Shown: in pieces, positions 45,980-56,892 of the stretch
How the letters are laid out: every line of letters begins with the position of its first letter
Numbering within the stretch: position 1 is the stretch's first letter
Assembly (NCBI GenBank): GCA_009777355.1
Contig: WRMA01000001.1
Location: 28,505 to 92,504 of the forward strand
Direction: 5' to 3'
DNA from: Oscillospiraceae bacterium
GTDB taxonomy: Bacteria; Bacillota; Clostridia; Oscillospirales; WRJC01
Length of the DNA stretch: 64,000 nt
Translations under genes and position numbers: made by a program
The notes under the pieces: generated by a model
Seen by the model: the letters and a program-made list of their open reading frames with translations, nothing else
What the model was told of the DNA's origin: nothing
Databases searched by the model: none

Positions 45980-47524
45980 TTAATCCAGATTCTGTATTTT
46001 ATCGATTAACAAATCTATCTGCCTGTTTACCCTGTTTTCGTTTCTTTCGTAGAACGTGGCCAAAGCCCTGTCGTTGTTGTTCGCGCGTCTGTAAAATTCT
46101 ATGCCGAAATCCGCGAAATTATATACATCGCCGATGTCGAGAACCCTGTTCGCCAGTATAATATCCAGCATCTCGCTCGACTCGTCGTCCCTTATTCCTT
46201 TTGTCCTGAGCGACACGTCGTAATACGCGGGCGTAAGCGTGTATTTCGATTCGGCCGCGAGAGCTTCCATGATTACGGTCGTCCTCTCTATTATTTCTGA
46301 TTTTCCCGCCGAATTAATGGGGATTGCGAGAGCGCACGAAGTATGGACGTTTACAGTCGAATAATACATAGTATCGTTGGATTCGTATATTTTCGGGATG
46401 GGCAGTATGCCGAAGTCCGCGTCCATTCCCCTGAGACGGGGAACCCAGCCGAGTCTGAGCCAGCCGAAGGCCGCCCTGTTGTCGCTGAATATATTTTCGA
46501 AAGCTAAATCGGACCAGTCGGAGAACAAAGCCTTCTGAACGTTTCCCGTCACGTCCTCGTCGTAAAGCAAATCCATTACTTTGTCCATCGCGGTATAAGT
46601 CTGCTGATTATTAAAAGATAAGAACGGCAGGTCGTTTTCGTCCTTGCTGACCAGTCTCTGACCGGCGGAGTGAAGATAGGATATCATAGCGTCTCCCCAT
46701 ATCAGATAGCCGAACTGCGAATCTGAAGGGTGCATCAATCCGTTATTGTTAAATCTCGCCGTCTCTTTCGCCATTTCGTAAAGCTTGTCTACCGTCCATT
46801 TACCCTCTCTTACAAGAGAATAAGGGTCGCCCAGACCGTGGTCCTGCAAAATCTTCTTGTTAAAAACGGTTATCGTCGTAGCGTTGTTGTCTGAAAGCAA
46901 TATATCCGACAGTAATATAAACAATCTGTTGTCTATACTCATTTCGGCTATAGCCTGCTGATTATACCAGGGTTTATCCAAATCGAGATGCTCGATTTCG
47001 GAACTGAACAGATTCATGAAAAATCCGTCCTGCATAAATCCCGCGCTTTCTATGACCCGGGGGCTGAATAAATCATATTCGTTCGTTCCCGCCCTGACTT
47101 CGTTTCTTAGAGCGTTTCTGAAATCGTCGTCGTATCTGTGTACCTGATTGAGCGTAATATTATATTTCGATTCGACTACGGCGTTTCTTCTGAAAACCGC
47201 GTCGCCTATGACGTTGCCTTCGTCAAGCTCCGGGTTCAAATCGATATTTTCCCATTCGTGCGAACCCTGAACCCCGAAAGTCAGGATATTAAACGTATGA
47301 CCTCCGAAATCCAGAGCGGGAAGATTCGGCAGTATTTTTTCTTCGCCCTGATTTTCAGCTTCTCCGCCGCCCTGAATATCCGAGTCCGCGTCGGGCAGGT
47401 CTCCCGCGCCTCCGGTATTTGCTTCAGGCTCTCCTCCGCACGCCGCGAGCAGCCCGAGTAATATAACCAGTATAACCGAACCCGATATAATTTTAAGCGC
47501 GTTTGCAAGTTTTGTTTCTTTCAT
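45980..47524 (-). CDS. Extracellular solute-binding lipoprotein (ABC substrate-binding, orphan)
   Basis: Lipobox LLAACGG. 514 aa. No adjacent permease genes. Confidence 0.8.
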   Translation of the reverse strand: MKETKLANALKIISGSVILVILLGLLAACGGEPEANTGGAGDLPDADSDIQGGGEAENQGEEKILPNLPALDFGGHTFNILTFGVQGSHEWENIDLNPELDEGNVIGDAVFRRNAVVESKYNITLNQVHRYDDDFRNALRNEVRAGTNEYDLFSPRVIESAGFMQDGFFMNLFSSEIEHLDLDKPWYNQQAIAEMSIDNRLFILLSDILLSDNNATTITVFNKKILQDHGLGDPYSLVREGKWTVDKLYEMAKETARFNNNGLMHPSDSQFGYLIWGDAMISYLHSAGQRLVSKDENDLPFLSFNNQQTYTAMDKVMDLLYDEDVTGNVQKALFSDWSDLAFENIFSDNRAAFGWLRLGWVPRLRGMDADFGILPIPKIYESNDTMYYSTVNVHTSCALAIPINSAGKSEIIERTTVIMEALAAESKYTLTPAYYDVSLRTKGIRDDESSEMLDIILANRVLDIGDVYNFADFGIEFYRRANNNDRALATFYERNENRVNRQIDLLIDKIQNLD

Positions 47525-47679
47525 AAATAAATAACCTCCGTAAATAAATATTTTTTTTATTTTATCTTAATTATAATATTTATATTTGAATTTATTGTCA
47601 AGGCTTAATGAATTTTTTCGCATAATATAAGCGTTTTACAGAGATAATAATATAAAAAATACAATCGAGGTAAATATTT

Positions 47680-47835
47680 ATGGCAAAAGCAGGCATGAGA
47701 CGTCCCGACCCGAAAGAACCTCACGGTACTGAGAGCAATAAAAAAACGCATATCAAAAAAAACGACGCTCCTCCCGTACCCGAAATTCAGGGCAAGGCGA
47801 AAAGCGGAAAGCAAAAAGCGGGCAGACCCGGATAA
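47680..47835 (+). CDS. Small basic 51-aa ORF MAKAGMRRPDPKEPHGTESNKKTHIKKNDAPPVPEIQGKAKSGKQKAGRPG
   Basis: My own translation (below the ORF-track cutoff). RBS GAGG lies 9 nt upstream and a terminator lies downstream. Confidence 0.4.
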   Translation: MAKAGMRRPDPKEPHGTESNKKTHIKKNDAPPVPEIQGKAKSGKQKAGRPG

Positions 47836-47861
47836 AATAAAACGGCAGATTAATAAATTAT

Positions 47862-47888
47862 GCAGGGACGCGCAACGCGCGCCCCTGC
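47862..47888. terminator. GC-rich hairpin GCAGGGACGCGC-AAC-GCGCGCCCCTGC between convergent genes
   Basis: Read directly. Confidence 0.6.
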
Positions 47889-47898
47889 GATTTATACA

Positions 47899-48210
47899 TT
47901 ACCCCTCAAACATCTGTATAATTTTATCTTTCGGTTTTACTCCCGACGAAATATTCACCACTCTGCCGTCTTTTATTACCGCGAACGACGGTATATTCTT
48001 TATATTAAACGCTCCCGCTAGCTCTGGCTGTTCGTCGACGTTGATTTTACATATTTTTTTGTCGCCGCTCTCGTCGGCGATTTCGTCAATCACCGGCGAA
48101 ACAATCCGGCACGGTCCGCACCAGTCCGCCCAGAACTCAAGCAGCGCCGGCTTGTCTGATTTTATCACTTCCGTTTCAAAATTTTCCATTGTTATATTAA
48201 CCGCGGGCAT
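47899..48210 (-). CDS. trxA: Thioredoxin
   Basis: 103 aa with WCGPC. Confidence 0.9.
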   Translation of the reverse strand: MPAVNITMENFETEVIKSDKPALLEFWADWCGPCRIVSPVIDEIADESGDKKICKINVDEQPELAGAFNIKNIPSFAVIKDGRVVNISSGVKPKDKIIQMFEG

Positions 48211-48242
48211 ATATTTATTTTCCTCCCGTAATTTATTATATA

Positions 48243-50354
48243 TTAATTTTTATAATCCAAGCCCAGCGATTCGCGAAGCCCGCCGATACTGCTTACCGGA
48301 GGCTTGCACACGCTGTTTTCGCATATATAAACTTCAGATTTGTTTTTAGTATTATAATTATTATAATAGCCGCCGTAAAACTCTATGTCTGCGGCGAGGT
48401 CTTTACCGGCGTGAGCGATTGTCGCGAACGGATTATAAACGGAATTTATTTCAGACAAATAATCTATGAAATATTTGTCGCCTAGTTCTCCCGTTATTAT
48501 AATCTCCCTCGAAAGATATTCGAGATGCATGAGTCCGCACAGCGCGAAGCTGTGACCGTAAGGCGCGCTCCCGAGATTCTCCGAAAAAAACCTTATGATT
48601 TCAACCGCCATCTCCTCAAGTCTGTGTTCACCGAAGAAACGCGAAAGCTTTATGAAATTGCTTATGCTTACGCTGTTTGCCGACGGAACCGCCCCGTCGT
48701 ATATCTCCCGGGTTCTCGATATTAACTTTTCGCTTTTTCTGCCGCTTAGATATAACGCTCCGTTCTCCCAGAAATTTTCTATTAATATTTTATTTAAATT
48801 ATACGCAGCGAGAAGATAGATTTTATCAAACGTACTCTGATATAATTCTATGAGACCCCATATCATAAAAGCGTAATCGTCCGAAACTCCGCTGAATTTC
48901 GCCTCGCCGTCCCTGTATCTCGTAAAAAGTTCCCCGTCTCTGTCCGTCATCTTTTCGAGAACGAAATCCGCGGCGTTTCTTGCCGAATCTATATATTTTT
49001 TATTATTTAAAACCCTGCCGCCGTAAGCGAGCGCGCATATCATAAGCCCGTTCCATGACGCGGTTATTTTATCGTCTTTGAACGGGCGGACTCTTTTTTC
49101 CCTGTATTTAAACAGCTTTTTTCTGCAGCCTTCGAAAAACTCCCCGGATTTTTCGCCGTCATATTCGCCGTAATCGAACGCGCTCGATTTTATCAGGTTT
49201 AAAATATTTTCTCCCTCAAAATTGCCTTCTTCCGTTATATCGTATCTCGCGCAGAATTTTTCTCCGTCTTTTTCACCCAGTATTTTTATTGCTTCTTCTT
49301 TCGCAAATATATAGAATTTGCCCTCGATTCCTTCGGAATCCGCGTCCTCGGCGTTGTAAAATCCGCCTTCGCCTTTATTTATATCAGAAGTCATATCTCT
49401 GATTATATACTCAAAGATTTCTTCGGCGGCGCGAGCGTAAAATAAATCTTTCGTACACTGATACGCCTCGCAGTACGCAAGAGCCAGCAGAGCGTTGTCA
49501 TAGAGCATTTTCTCAAAATGCGGAACGAGCCACGTTCTGTCCGTCGAATATCTGCAGAACCCGAATCCTATATGGTCGTAAATTCCTCCGTTATACATAC
49601 TCTTTAAAGTCTTTTCCGCGATTTCGAGGGCTTCGGAGTCTTTTTTGCAGTAATAATATCTAATCAAAAATATAAGATTGTGCGGCGACGGGAATTTCGG
49701 CGCGTTTCCGAATCCGCCGTATTCTTTATCGAAAATCTTTTTGAACTGATTACAGCCTTTCGTTATAATTTTTTCATAGTCAATATCGATATTTGCGTTT
49801 GCTCTCCGTATATCGGGCGTATTTAATTTATTCATTTCTTCTATTACGGCTATGCCGCTGTCGAAAAGGCGCTGTCTGCTGTTACGCCATAAACGCGCGA
49901 GCGTTTCCAGAATCTCTGTAAATCCCGGACCCCGGCCGCCGAAGCCGCCGTTTTTCGGAAAGTACGTCCCGGCATATATCGGACGCTTGTCAGTATCCAT
50001 AAAAACGGACAGAGGCCAGCCTCCGCCGCCGCTGATAATCTGCGCCGCGTTCATATATACGGCGTCGATATCGGGGCGTTCCTCTCTGTCTACTTTTACA
50101 CAAACAAAATATTTGTTTAAAATTCCGGCGACTTCTTCGTCCTCGAAAGATTCCCTCTCCATTACGTGACACCAATGGCACGCGGAATATCCGACGGAAA
50201 GAAAAATCGGCTTATCCTCGCGTTTTGCCTTTAAAAACGCTTCGTCGCGCCACGGATACCAATCCACAGGATTATATGCGTGCTGCAAAAGATAAGGCGA
50301 TTTTTCATCTATTAATCTGTTAGGCGTTTTAGTTAAACTTGCAGAATTTATCAT
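48243..50354 (-). CDS. Thioredoxin-domain (DUF255) / six-hairpin glycosidase-like protein, YyaL family
   Basis: Start reassigned to [24 protein letters not shown] and [13 protein letters not shown]. Confidence 0.85.
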   Translation of the reverse strand: MINSASLTKTPNRLIDEKSPYLLQHAYNPVDWYPWRDEAFLKAKREDKPIFLSVGYSACHWCHVMERESFEDEEVAGILNKYFVCVKVDREERPDIDAVYMNAAQIISGGGGWPLSVFMDTDKRPIYAGTYFPKNGGFGGRGPGFTEILETLARLWRNSRQRLFDSGIAVIEEMNKLNTPDIRRANANIDIDYEKIITKGCNQFKKIFDKEYGGFGNAPKFPSPHNLIFLIRYYYCKKDSEALEIAEKTLKSMYNGGIYDHIGFGFCRYSTDRTWLVPHFEKMLYDNALLALAYCEAYQCTKDLFYARAAEEIFEYIIRDMTSDINKGEGGFYNAEDADSEGIEGKFYIFAKEEAIKILGEKDGEKFCARYDITEEGNFEGENILNLIKSSAFDYGEYDGEKSGEFFEGCRKKLFKYREKRVRPFKDDKITASWNGLMICALAYGGRVLNNKKYIDSARNAADFVLEKMTDRDGELFTRYRDGEAKFSGVSDDYAFMIWGLIELYQSTFDKIYLLAAYNLNKILIENFWENGALYLSGRKSEKLISRTREIYDGAVPSANSVSISNFIKLSRFFGEHRLEEMAVEIIRFFSENLGSAPYGHSFALCGLMHLEYLSREIIITGELGDKYFIDYLSEINSVYNPFATIAHAGKDLAADIEFYGGYYNNYNTKNKSEVYICENSVCKPPVSSIGGLRESLGLDYKN

Positions 50355-50392
50355 GACAATATCTCTTTTCTTTAAAAATTTTGGGATTAAAA

Positions 50393-50460
50393 GTAGGGAC
50401 GAACTGTGTTCGTCCGTCAAATCCATACAATACCCGCGGACGAACACAGTTCGTCCCTAC
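50393..50460. repeat. GTAGGG-type palindrome: perfect 24-bp arms GTAGGGACGAACTGTGTTCGTCCG / CGGACGAACACAGTTCGTCCCTAC, 20-bp spacer
   Basis: Arms at 50393-50416 and 50437-50460. Confidence 0.85.
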
Positions 50461-50511
50461 TCCCCCAATTTAAAAATTTATTAATTTAGAAATATTGTCC
50501 CCTTGACCCGG

Positions 50512-51429
50512 CTAAATTATACGGGAAAATTCTTTTAGAAACTTTTTGAAATCTTCCCCGGTTTCGGGATGCTTAACTCCCTCGATTACGTTTGCCGTAA
50601 GAAATCCGAGTTTCGAACCCATGTCGTGGCGTTCTCCCGAGAAAACTTTAGCGAGCATTTTCGCGGGTTCGTTCTTTTCTTCACAGGCTTTTTTAACCAG
50701 GGTTTTCATAGCGTCCGTAAGCTGGATTTCGTTGTTTACCCCCGGTTTCTGCTCTCTTAAAATATCGAAAATTTCACGGGTTAATATAACCCTGCCCAAA
50801 ATAGAATAATTGGAAAAAATCTCTTCGTCCGTCTTTGGTTTTTCGTTCATGTCGTAAACGTAAAATTCGCTGTTATCGCCGCAGTTTTCAACGGGCGTAA
50901 CTTTAAGCGAACAGTATTTTCGGACTTGTTCGGCCGGCACTTCTTTTACTGCCGCAACGCAGATATTTTTGTTTTTATTATAGACGTCAATCAACTGTCC
51001 GGACGCGGGAGTTTCGCCTATAATTATATCGTCTCCGTACATGACTAAAAAATCGTCGCTCCCGATAAAAGATTCCGCGCGCAGAACCGCGTGCCCCAAG
51101 CCTTTCGGTTCTTTTTGACGTATATAATAAATATTAGCGAGTTCGGGAATATTTCTCAAAATCTCAAGATTTTTAACGCCGCCTTTATTTTTTAACGCGC
51201 TCTCGTATTCCGGCGAGTAATCAAAATAATTTTCGATTGAACTTTTATCCCGTCCGGTAACTATTAAAATATCGGTAATCCCCGACGCGGCCGCTTCTTC
51301 GATATTATACTGCATCGCGGGTTTATCGACAATCGGCAGCATTTCTTTAGGTACGGCTTTCGCAACGGGCAGCATCCTCGTGCCCAGACCTCCCGCCAGT
51401 ATAACCGCTTTCGTTATTTTTTTTGACAT
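50512..51429 (-). CDS. galU: UTP--glucose-1-phosphate uridylyltransferase
   Basis: KAVILAGGLGTRMLP..KEMLPIVDKP. Confidence 0.9.
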   Translation of the reverse strand: MSKKITKAVILAGGLGTRMLPVAKAVPKEMLPIVDKPAMQYNIEEAAASGITDILIVTGRDKSSIENYFDYSPEYESALKNKGGVKNLEILRNIPELANIYYIRQKEPKGLGHAVLRAESFIGSDDFLVMYGDDIIIGETPASGQLIDVYNKNKNICVAAVKEVPAEQVRKYCSLKVTPVENCGDNSEFYVYDMNEKPKTDEEIFSNYSILGRVILTREIFDILREQKPGVNNEIQLTDAMKTLVKKACEEKNEPAKMLAKVFSGERHDMGSKLGFLTANVIEGVKHPETGEDFKKFLKEFSRII

Positions 51430-51447
51430 AATAATTATATCCCCATT

Positions 51448-51984
51448 CTATAATTTTAAATATCTTAAATCAAATTTTATACCGTCCTCCGAAACTAATA
51501 TATCAGCTAAATTTTTATCCTCGATTCTTTTCTGCCCATAGTAACATTCAACCGTATTCGAATCCTGTTCTATATACCATTGTTCCGTGACGGGGCTCGT
51601 TGAATATAAATATTTCTTGAACGCCCTGTCGGCCGGACTGTTATCGTCGGACCACACTTCCGCGATTAAATCCGGATAACCCGCGACTCTTGTCTCTTTT
51701 TTGTTTATTAAATATTTATTATTCTTAAAGTGCATATAATCCGGCGTTACTATATTTAACTCTCCCATTACGTCCTCTGTGAACTTTTCTGTATTTGTTA
51801 TATCGTCAAGATTCACAAGCTCGCACAAAGACAATTCTTTTTTATTGCCGTAATAAACTAACGACGAAGATTCCGAAAAATTTATTATTTCTTTTTTCTC
51901 GAACAGCTCAAAAGTCGATTTGATTAAATAATCCAACAGTCTGCCGTGTCTTGCCGTCGTTCCTGTTTCAAAAATATTATTCAT
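51448..51984 (-). CDS. Uma2 (DUF820)-like putative restriction-endonuclease-fold protein
   Basis: PDLIAEVWS...K...Y......EQWYIEQ pattern, by recall. Confidence 0.5.
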   Translation of the reverse strand: MNNIFETGTTARHGRLLDYLIKSTFELFEKKEIINFSESSSLVYYGNKKELSLCELVNLDDITNTEKFTEDVMGELNIVTPDYMHFKNNKYLINKKETRVAGYPDLIAEVWSDDNSPADRAFKKYLYSTSPVTEQWYIEQDSNTVECYYGQKRIEDKNLADILVSEDGIKFDLRYLKL

Positions 51985-52012
51985 AAAATTTTGTCCCCCG
52001 AATTATTTTTTC

Positions 52013-53530
52013 TCACTTTCTTATTTCAGTTATCTTCTCTATGCTAATCCCGGTGTAAAACGCCTTTAATATATCCTGATATTTTAACCCCGCAAGAGCC
52101 ATGTCGTACATTCCCCACTGGCTCAGCCCGACTCCGTGACCCCAGCCTCTCCCGTCGAAAATAAAATCGCTCCCCGAAGAATACGCGCTTACTGAATATC
52201 TGCCGTTACCCGTCAAAATATGCAGCTTCCCGTCGCCCGGTGTCGACACAGTAAGCCCGTTCGCCGTTAATATATGCGTCACGCCCGACTCTATATCCCG
52301 ATTTATTATATTATTACTCCCCGAAATCATAAAACTTCTGAATTTTGAATCCTTATATATATCCATGTTCGCGCTGTTCGCATATTTTGAAAACGCGCTC
52401 CTCACAGTATCAGAATTCTGAATCCCGACGCTGTTGCCGTTTATGTCCGTAACCCTTACCCCTTTTATATAATTAGACGACGGAGACCTTTCCGTTATTA
52501 CTATACTCGCGATATCAGAGTCGAGCCTTCCCCGGAATCTCGAAGCCTGGCCGCTCTCTCCCGTAAGATAGGCGAACAGAGCCGACGGCGAAACTCTGTT
52601 TGTCCAAAGCGAGTTGTTTCTTCCCGGGGTATCGTATTTTTCAAGCGGAACTTTTACGCTCGACAAATACGGCAAGCGCATCTGACCTCCCCATGCGTCG
52701 TTGTGATTTTCAGTAACCCCTCCGCTCGAAGAGTGATAAACCGATTCTATTATTTGATTATTATAAACGGCGGCTAAATCTTTTGTCGAATCGACGGCAG
52801 AATCGGACGCCGCAGTCGCCCTTCTCGCTCCCGCGTAAAACTGGCAGTGCGTACTGTTGCACAGCATAAACCCCGCGTCCGCGTGCCTGCCTGCCGACCT
52901 TAAAGAATAAGACCGTACGGCAACAGAAAACGCCTTCTGCGACTCTTCGGGCCAGCTCGGGGATATTTCATACGGCAGCACGCCTTTTATATAATCCTCC
53001 AGGCTTATAAGATTTATAACTTCAATTCCCGAACCCGCAGGTCTGTAAATAAACGCTCCCGTATTTAAATTATTCGCGGGAGTAGTGATAAATCCCGCGT
53101 TTTCCGACGACAGTTCATAAATCGCATCGCCCGCGCTTAAATTTTTATTTGATTCTGCCGCCGCCGCGGCCGCAAAATTATTTTCGCCGTCTTCATATTC
53201 CAGGATTATATCTCCCGTATCGGGATTTACAACTCTTAAAATATTATTACCCGCATGTGAGACTAATATTTTACGGCTGTCCGTATAAAATAAAACATTG
53301 AATTTATCCGATGAGTTTCTGCCTACGTAACCCAGTAAAAAACCCGTCTCCGAAGAAGTCTGGAAACTCGTAACCGCGCCGCTCCCGTAAATCAGGCCGA
53401 TTTTCATATTGGGATTCGATTCGAAAAATTCACCGTCGCTTCCGTAAACGTAAACCGTACCCGAATATATAATATCCGAGCAAAAATAAACGCAGATTAA
53501 AATCATAACGACAGCTTTAATATATCTCAT
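52013..53530 (-). CDS. SpoIID/LytB domain protein
   Basis: EDYIKGVLPYEISPSW, CNSTHCQFY and YHSSSGGVTE. Confidence 0.8.
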   Translation of the reverse strand: MRYIKAVVMILICVYFCSDIIYSGTVYVYGSDGEFFESNPNMKIGLIYGSGAVTSFQTSSETGFLLGYVGRNSSDKFNVLFYTDSRKILVSHAGNNILRVVNPDTGDIILEYEDGENNFAAAAAAESNKNLSAGDAIYELSSENAGFITTPANNLNTGAFIYRPAGSGIEVINLISLEDYIKGVLPYEISPSWPEESQKAFSVAVRSYSLRSAGRHADAGFMLCNSTHCQFYAGARRATAASDSAVDSTKDLAAVYNNQIIESVYHSSSGGVTENHNDAWGGQMRLPYLSSVKVPLEKYDTPGRNNSLWTNRVSPSALFAYLTGESGQASRFRGRLDSDIASIVITERSPSSNYIKGVRVTDINGNSVGIQNSDTVRSAFSKYANSANMDIYKDSKFRSFMISGSNNIINRDIESGVTHILTANGLTVSTPGDGKLHILTGNGRYSVSAYSSGSDFIFDGRGWGHGVGLSQWGMYDMALAGLKYQDILKAFYTGISIEKITEIRK

Positions 53531-53990
53531 AGTCGCCCCTCGCCATTATATAAGCGTTTTCAGAAACTATCGAAATCCCCCTGCCGTCCGCCCTGGGAAT
53601 CAAGACGAGATGATTAGTCGGTACGCTGTCCCCCTCGAGCAGTTCAAGCCCCGAAGTAAGGTCGGCGAGACCCACCCCGACGTCGCTGCGCTGCGATATA
53701 ACCGTCGCGGCATATCCCGGACGGAGAATAATCTCCAGCGAGTTTGTCCTCGCCCTGATTTTCTGCCCCCTCCGCAGTTCAATAGTCGCATAACCGCCGG
53801 AATCTGAAGAATTACCCGGCAAAACGCCGTTTAAATAACTTAAAGTAATAAGCGGGTCGTCCGCCGAACCCGCCGCCGCATCGGACGCTTGACCGGCGTT
53901 TGCGCCAAGCGTCACCGACAGCAGCAAAGCCAGACAGAAAGCAAGAAAAACAAGAACTATTTTTATTTTCAAATCATTATTTTTTAACAT
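53517..53990 (-). CDS. Hypothetical secreted protein (157 aa, signal peptide)
   Basis: N-terminal TM/signal sequence. It overlaps the SpoIID-like start by 14 nt. Confidence 0.6.
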   Translation of the reverse strand: MLKNNDLKIKIVLVFLAFCLALLLSVTLGANAGQASDAAAGSADDPLITLSYLNGVLPGNSSDSGGYATIELRRGQKIRARTNSLEIILRPGYAATVISQRSDVGVGLADLTSGLELLEGDSVPTNHLVLIPRADGRGISIVSENAYIMARGDYEIY

Positions 53991-54049
53991 ATATTAACTT
54001 TCCTTTTTTTTTACGCGCGTCAAATAATCAAACCATAAACTTAAACGAA

Positions 54050-55411
54050 CTATATCATAAAACAGCCTTCGCGTATGACTTCGCATACGGTCGGGTGGGG
54101 GAAAACGATTTTTTGTACATCCTCAAATCTCATTTTCGTTCCTATCATCATCGCCGCGCCGTAAATTATTTCAGACGCGTAACTGCCTATTATATGCAGA
54201 CCGATTATGTTTCCCGTGTTTTTTTCGGTAATTATTTTAACTATCCCGTCTCCCGATGAATTTTCCGCAATATATCTGCCGCTGTATTTTAAACTGAACG
54301 AGTGGATATTTGCCGCCAATCCCTTTTGCTTCACGCTTTCTGTCGTTTCGCCGACCCCCGCGACCTCCGGATTTGTATATATGACCGACGGAACAGAATT
54401 ATAATTCACCCTGTCTTTTATACCCAGAATATTATTGACGCAGACCTCGCCTTCGCGATACGCCGTATGGGCGAGCATAGATTTGCCGTTTACGTCGCCC
54501 GCCGCATAGACGTTCGCCGCGCTCGTTCTGCCGTAATCGTCCGTAATAATCGCGCCGCGTTCAGTCAGGACGTTTATATTCTCAAGTCCGAGATTTTGGG
54601 TCGACGCCCTGCGTCCGACAGAAACCAAGACTTTATCCGTTTTGAGTTCAGAAACTTTTCCCCCGGATTCATATACGACAATATTATTTTTTATTGCCGT
54701 GACTTTCGCCCCGAGCTTAAACTCCACGCCTTTTTTAACATAATTTTTATATAATATATCTGCAATTTCACCGTCTATATACCCGCCGATTTTGTCAAGC
54801 ATTTCTATAACCGTCACTTTTGAGCCGATGGAGTTAAAATAAGACGCCATTTCGAGCCCAATCACTCCGCCCCCGATTACGGCAAGACTTCCCGGAACTT
54901 CTTTTAAACTTAAAATCTCGCGGTTAGTCAGACAGAAATTATCCGCGACGCCCTCTTTAATTCCCGGAACAGGCGGCGCGACGGCTTCCGAACCCGTACA
55001 GATTAATAAATATTTGCCCGAATAAATTCTGCCCGAAACTTCTATATTAAACCCGTTCTCATCCCTGCCTTTAATAAAAGCCGCGCCGTTTATGACTTCA
55101 GCCTTTGCTTTTTTCAGCTTCGACGCAATCCCCGATACAAGACTTTTCACGATTTTATCTTTTCTGTCTATAACGAACGAATGGTCTATTTCCGCTCCCT
55201 GAAAACTCACGCCGTAATCTCCGCCGTATTTTGCGTAATCATAGATTTTCGCCGAATACAGCAGGGTTTTCGTCGGGATACAGCCCTCGTTGAGGCAAAC
55301 TCCTCCGAGAGATTTTTTCTCGACGAGCAGCGTTTTCAATCCGTTGTGAGCGGCGCGTTCGGCTGCGTTATATCCCGCCGGCCCGCCGCCTATTATAATT
55401 AAATCATACAT
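54050..55411 (-). CDS. lpdA: Dihydrolipoyl dehydrogenase (E3)
   Basis: GGGPAGY and redox-active GGVCLNEGCIPTK. Confidence 0.9.
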   Translation of the reverse strand: MYDLIIIGGGPAGYNAAERAAHNGLKTLLVEKKSLGGVCLNEGCIPTKTLLYSAKIYDYAKYGGDYGVSFQGAEIDHSFVIDRKDKIVKSLVSGIASKLKKAKAEVINGAAFIKGRDENGFNIEVSGRIYSGKYLLICTGSEAVAPPVPGIKEGVADNFCLTNREILSLKEVPGSLAVIGGGVIGLEMASYFNSIGSKVTVIEMLDKIGGYIDGEIADILYKNYVKKGVEFKLGAKVTAIKNNIVVYESGGKVSELKTDKVLVSVGRRASTQNLGLENINVLTERGAIITDDYGRTSAANVYAAGDVNGKSMLAHTAYREGEVCVNNILGIKDRVNYNSVPSVIYTNPEVAGVGETTESVKQKGLAANIHSFSLKYSGRYIAENSSGDGIVKIITEKNTGNIIGLHIIGSYASEIIYGAAMMIGTKMRFEDVQKIVFPHPTVCEVIREGCFMI

Positions 55412-55426
55412 ATAAAATTTCCCCCT

Positions 55427-56734
55427 CTACTTCGCAAGCAGCAAATCGAAGTTTTCAAGATTCGCGCATAACTCTTTTAAAAATCTCGCGGCGGGAGCGC
55501 CGTCCAGCGCTCTGTGGTCGAACGTCAGAGACAGAGCCATACAGTCGTAGAAAATATCCTGATTATTAACCTGCTTAACCCTTCTCGTTATGTTATTAAC
55601 CCCCAGAATACACGTCTGCGGCGGATTTATTACCGGAGTGAAACTCTCTATCCCGAGCGAACCGAGATTTGTAACGGTAAACGTACCGCCCTTTAATTTA
55701 TCGGGGGCGAGCGAACCGTTCTGCGCTTCGGATATAATTTTTTTCGTTTGTTTCGCAAGCTCGTTGAGCGAAAGTTTTTCCGCGCCGGATATAACCGGAA
55801 CGACAAGACCCCGTTTCGTATCCGCGGCAATGCCGAGATTAACGGCGTTAAAATATCTTATTACTCCAATATCTCCGAGATAATGAGCGTTTACGTCTCT
55901 GTGATTTACAAGGGTTTTAGAAACCGCGTATAAAATTATATCGTTGAGCGTGATGTTTTCAAGTTCCAGACTCTGCGCGTTATTTTTAAGCTTTTGCCTG
56001 AAATTTAATATCGCCGAAGCGTCGAAGCTTGAATTTAACGTAAGCTGCGCCATTTCAGACAGAGACGTATGCATCGCTTTCGCTATAATTTTACGTATGT
56101 TCGGCAGTTTAACGTCGGTATATAATTCTAATAATTCTGATTCTTTTACCGGAATATTATTATTTTCTTCAGGGAGAAGCGCTGCGGTATCTTCGGTAAC
56201 GCCGGCGGCGCTATCGTCCGCGAAGCGTTCCCCTCCGCTAACTTTTATCAGCTCCGCTATATCCCTTTCTATTATACGACCGTTCGGACCCGTCGGAACA
56301 GCCTTGGCAAAATCGACGCGGGCTTGCTTCGCGTAATCTCTCGCGCGCGGTGAAATTTTTACTTCGCCGCCGGAACTCGCCGTAACGCTCGCCGACGCGG
56401 TAAAATCCGCTTTTTTTTCTGCAACTTCTTCCGGTTTATTATTATCATTATTATCCTGAATTTTATTCTGCGTCAAAAACGCAGATATATCCTCGCCTTC
56501 TTTCCCTATTATCATGACGGAATCGAGACAAGCGACATCGTCTCCCTCTTCGAACAAAACGGAAAGAACCGTTCCCGATAATTTAGACTCTTCGTCAAAA
56601 GCGGATTTATCCGTCTCGTAAGAAAATAAAATATCCCCCGTCTCAACAACGTCGCCTTGTTTTTTATTGATTGCCGTAATCAGGCAGCTTTCGACGCTCT
56701 GACCCTGTCTCGGCATTATTACAGCTTCGGCCAT
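55427..56734 (-). CDS. Dihydrolipoamide acyltransferase (E2): lipoyl domain, E3-binding domain, catalytic domain
   Basis: ETDKSAF lipoyl-Lys, PRARDYAKQ, and the catalytic DHRALDG. Confidence 0.9.
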   Translation of the reverse strand: MAEAVIMPRQGQSVESCLITAINKKQGDVVETGDILFSYETDKSAFDEESKLSGTVLSVLFEEGDDVACLDSVMIIGKEGEDISAFLTQNKIQDNNDNNKPEEVAEKKADFTASASVTASSGGEVKISPRARDYAKQARVDFAKAVPTGPNGRIIERDIAELIKVSGGERFADDSAAGVTEDTAALLPEENNNIPVKESELLELYTDVKLPNIRKIIAKAMHTSLSEMAQLTLNSSFDASAILNFRQKLKNNAQSLELENITLNDIILYAVSKTLVNHRDVNAHYLGDIGVIRYFNAVNLGIAADTKRGLVVPVISGAEKLSLNELAKQTKKIISEAQNGSLAPDKLKGGTFTVTNLGSLGIESFTPVINPPQTCILGVNNITRRVKQVNNQDIFYDCMALSLTFDHRALDGAPAARFLKELCANLENFDLLLAK

Positions 56735-56892
56735 ATGATTTATACCTCCCCTAAAGCTAATAAAACTATTTTATAGAAAATATATTATCATATATTAGAC
56801 TTTTAGTCAAGAATTGTTTATAAATATATTGTAATATTAAGATTAATAATTTATTTTTTCTGTTTTTTATATTTAAAAGGAGTTATATTTTT

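Noticed and set aside
50355-50447. The N-terminal extension of the YyaL-like ORF.
   Set aside because: The extension is translated from the GTAGGG palindromic repeat. The family N-terminus begins at MINSASL.
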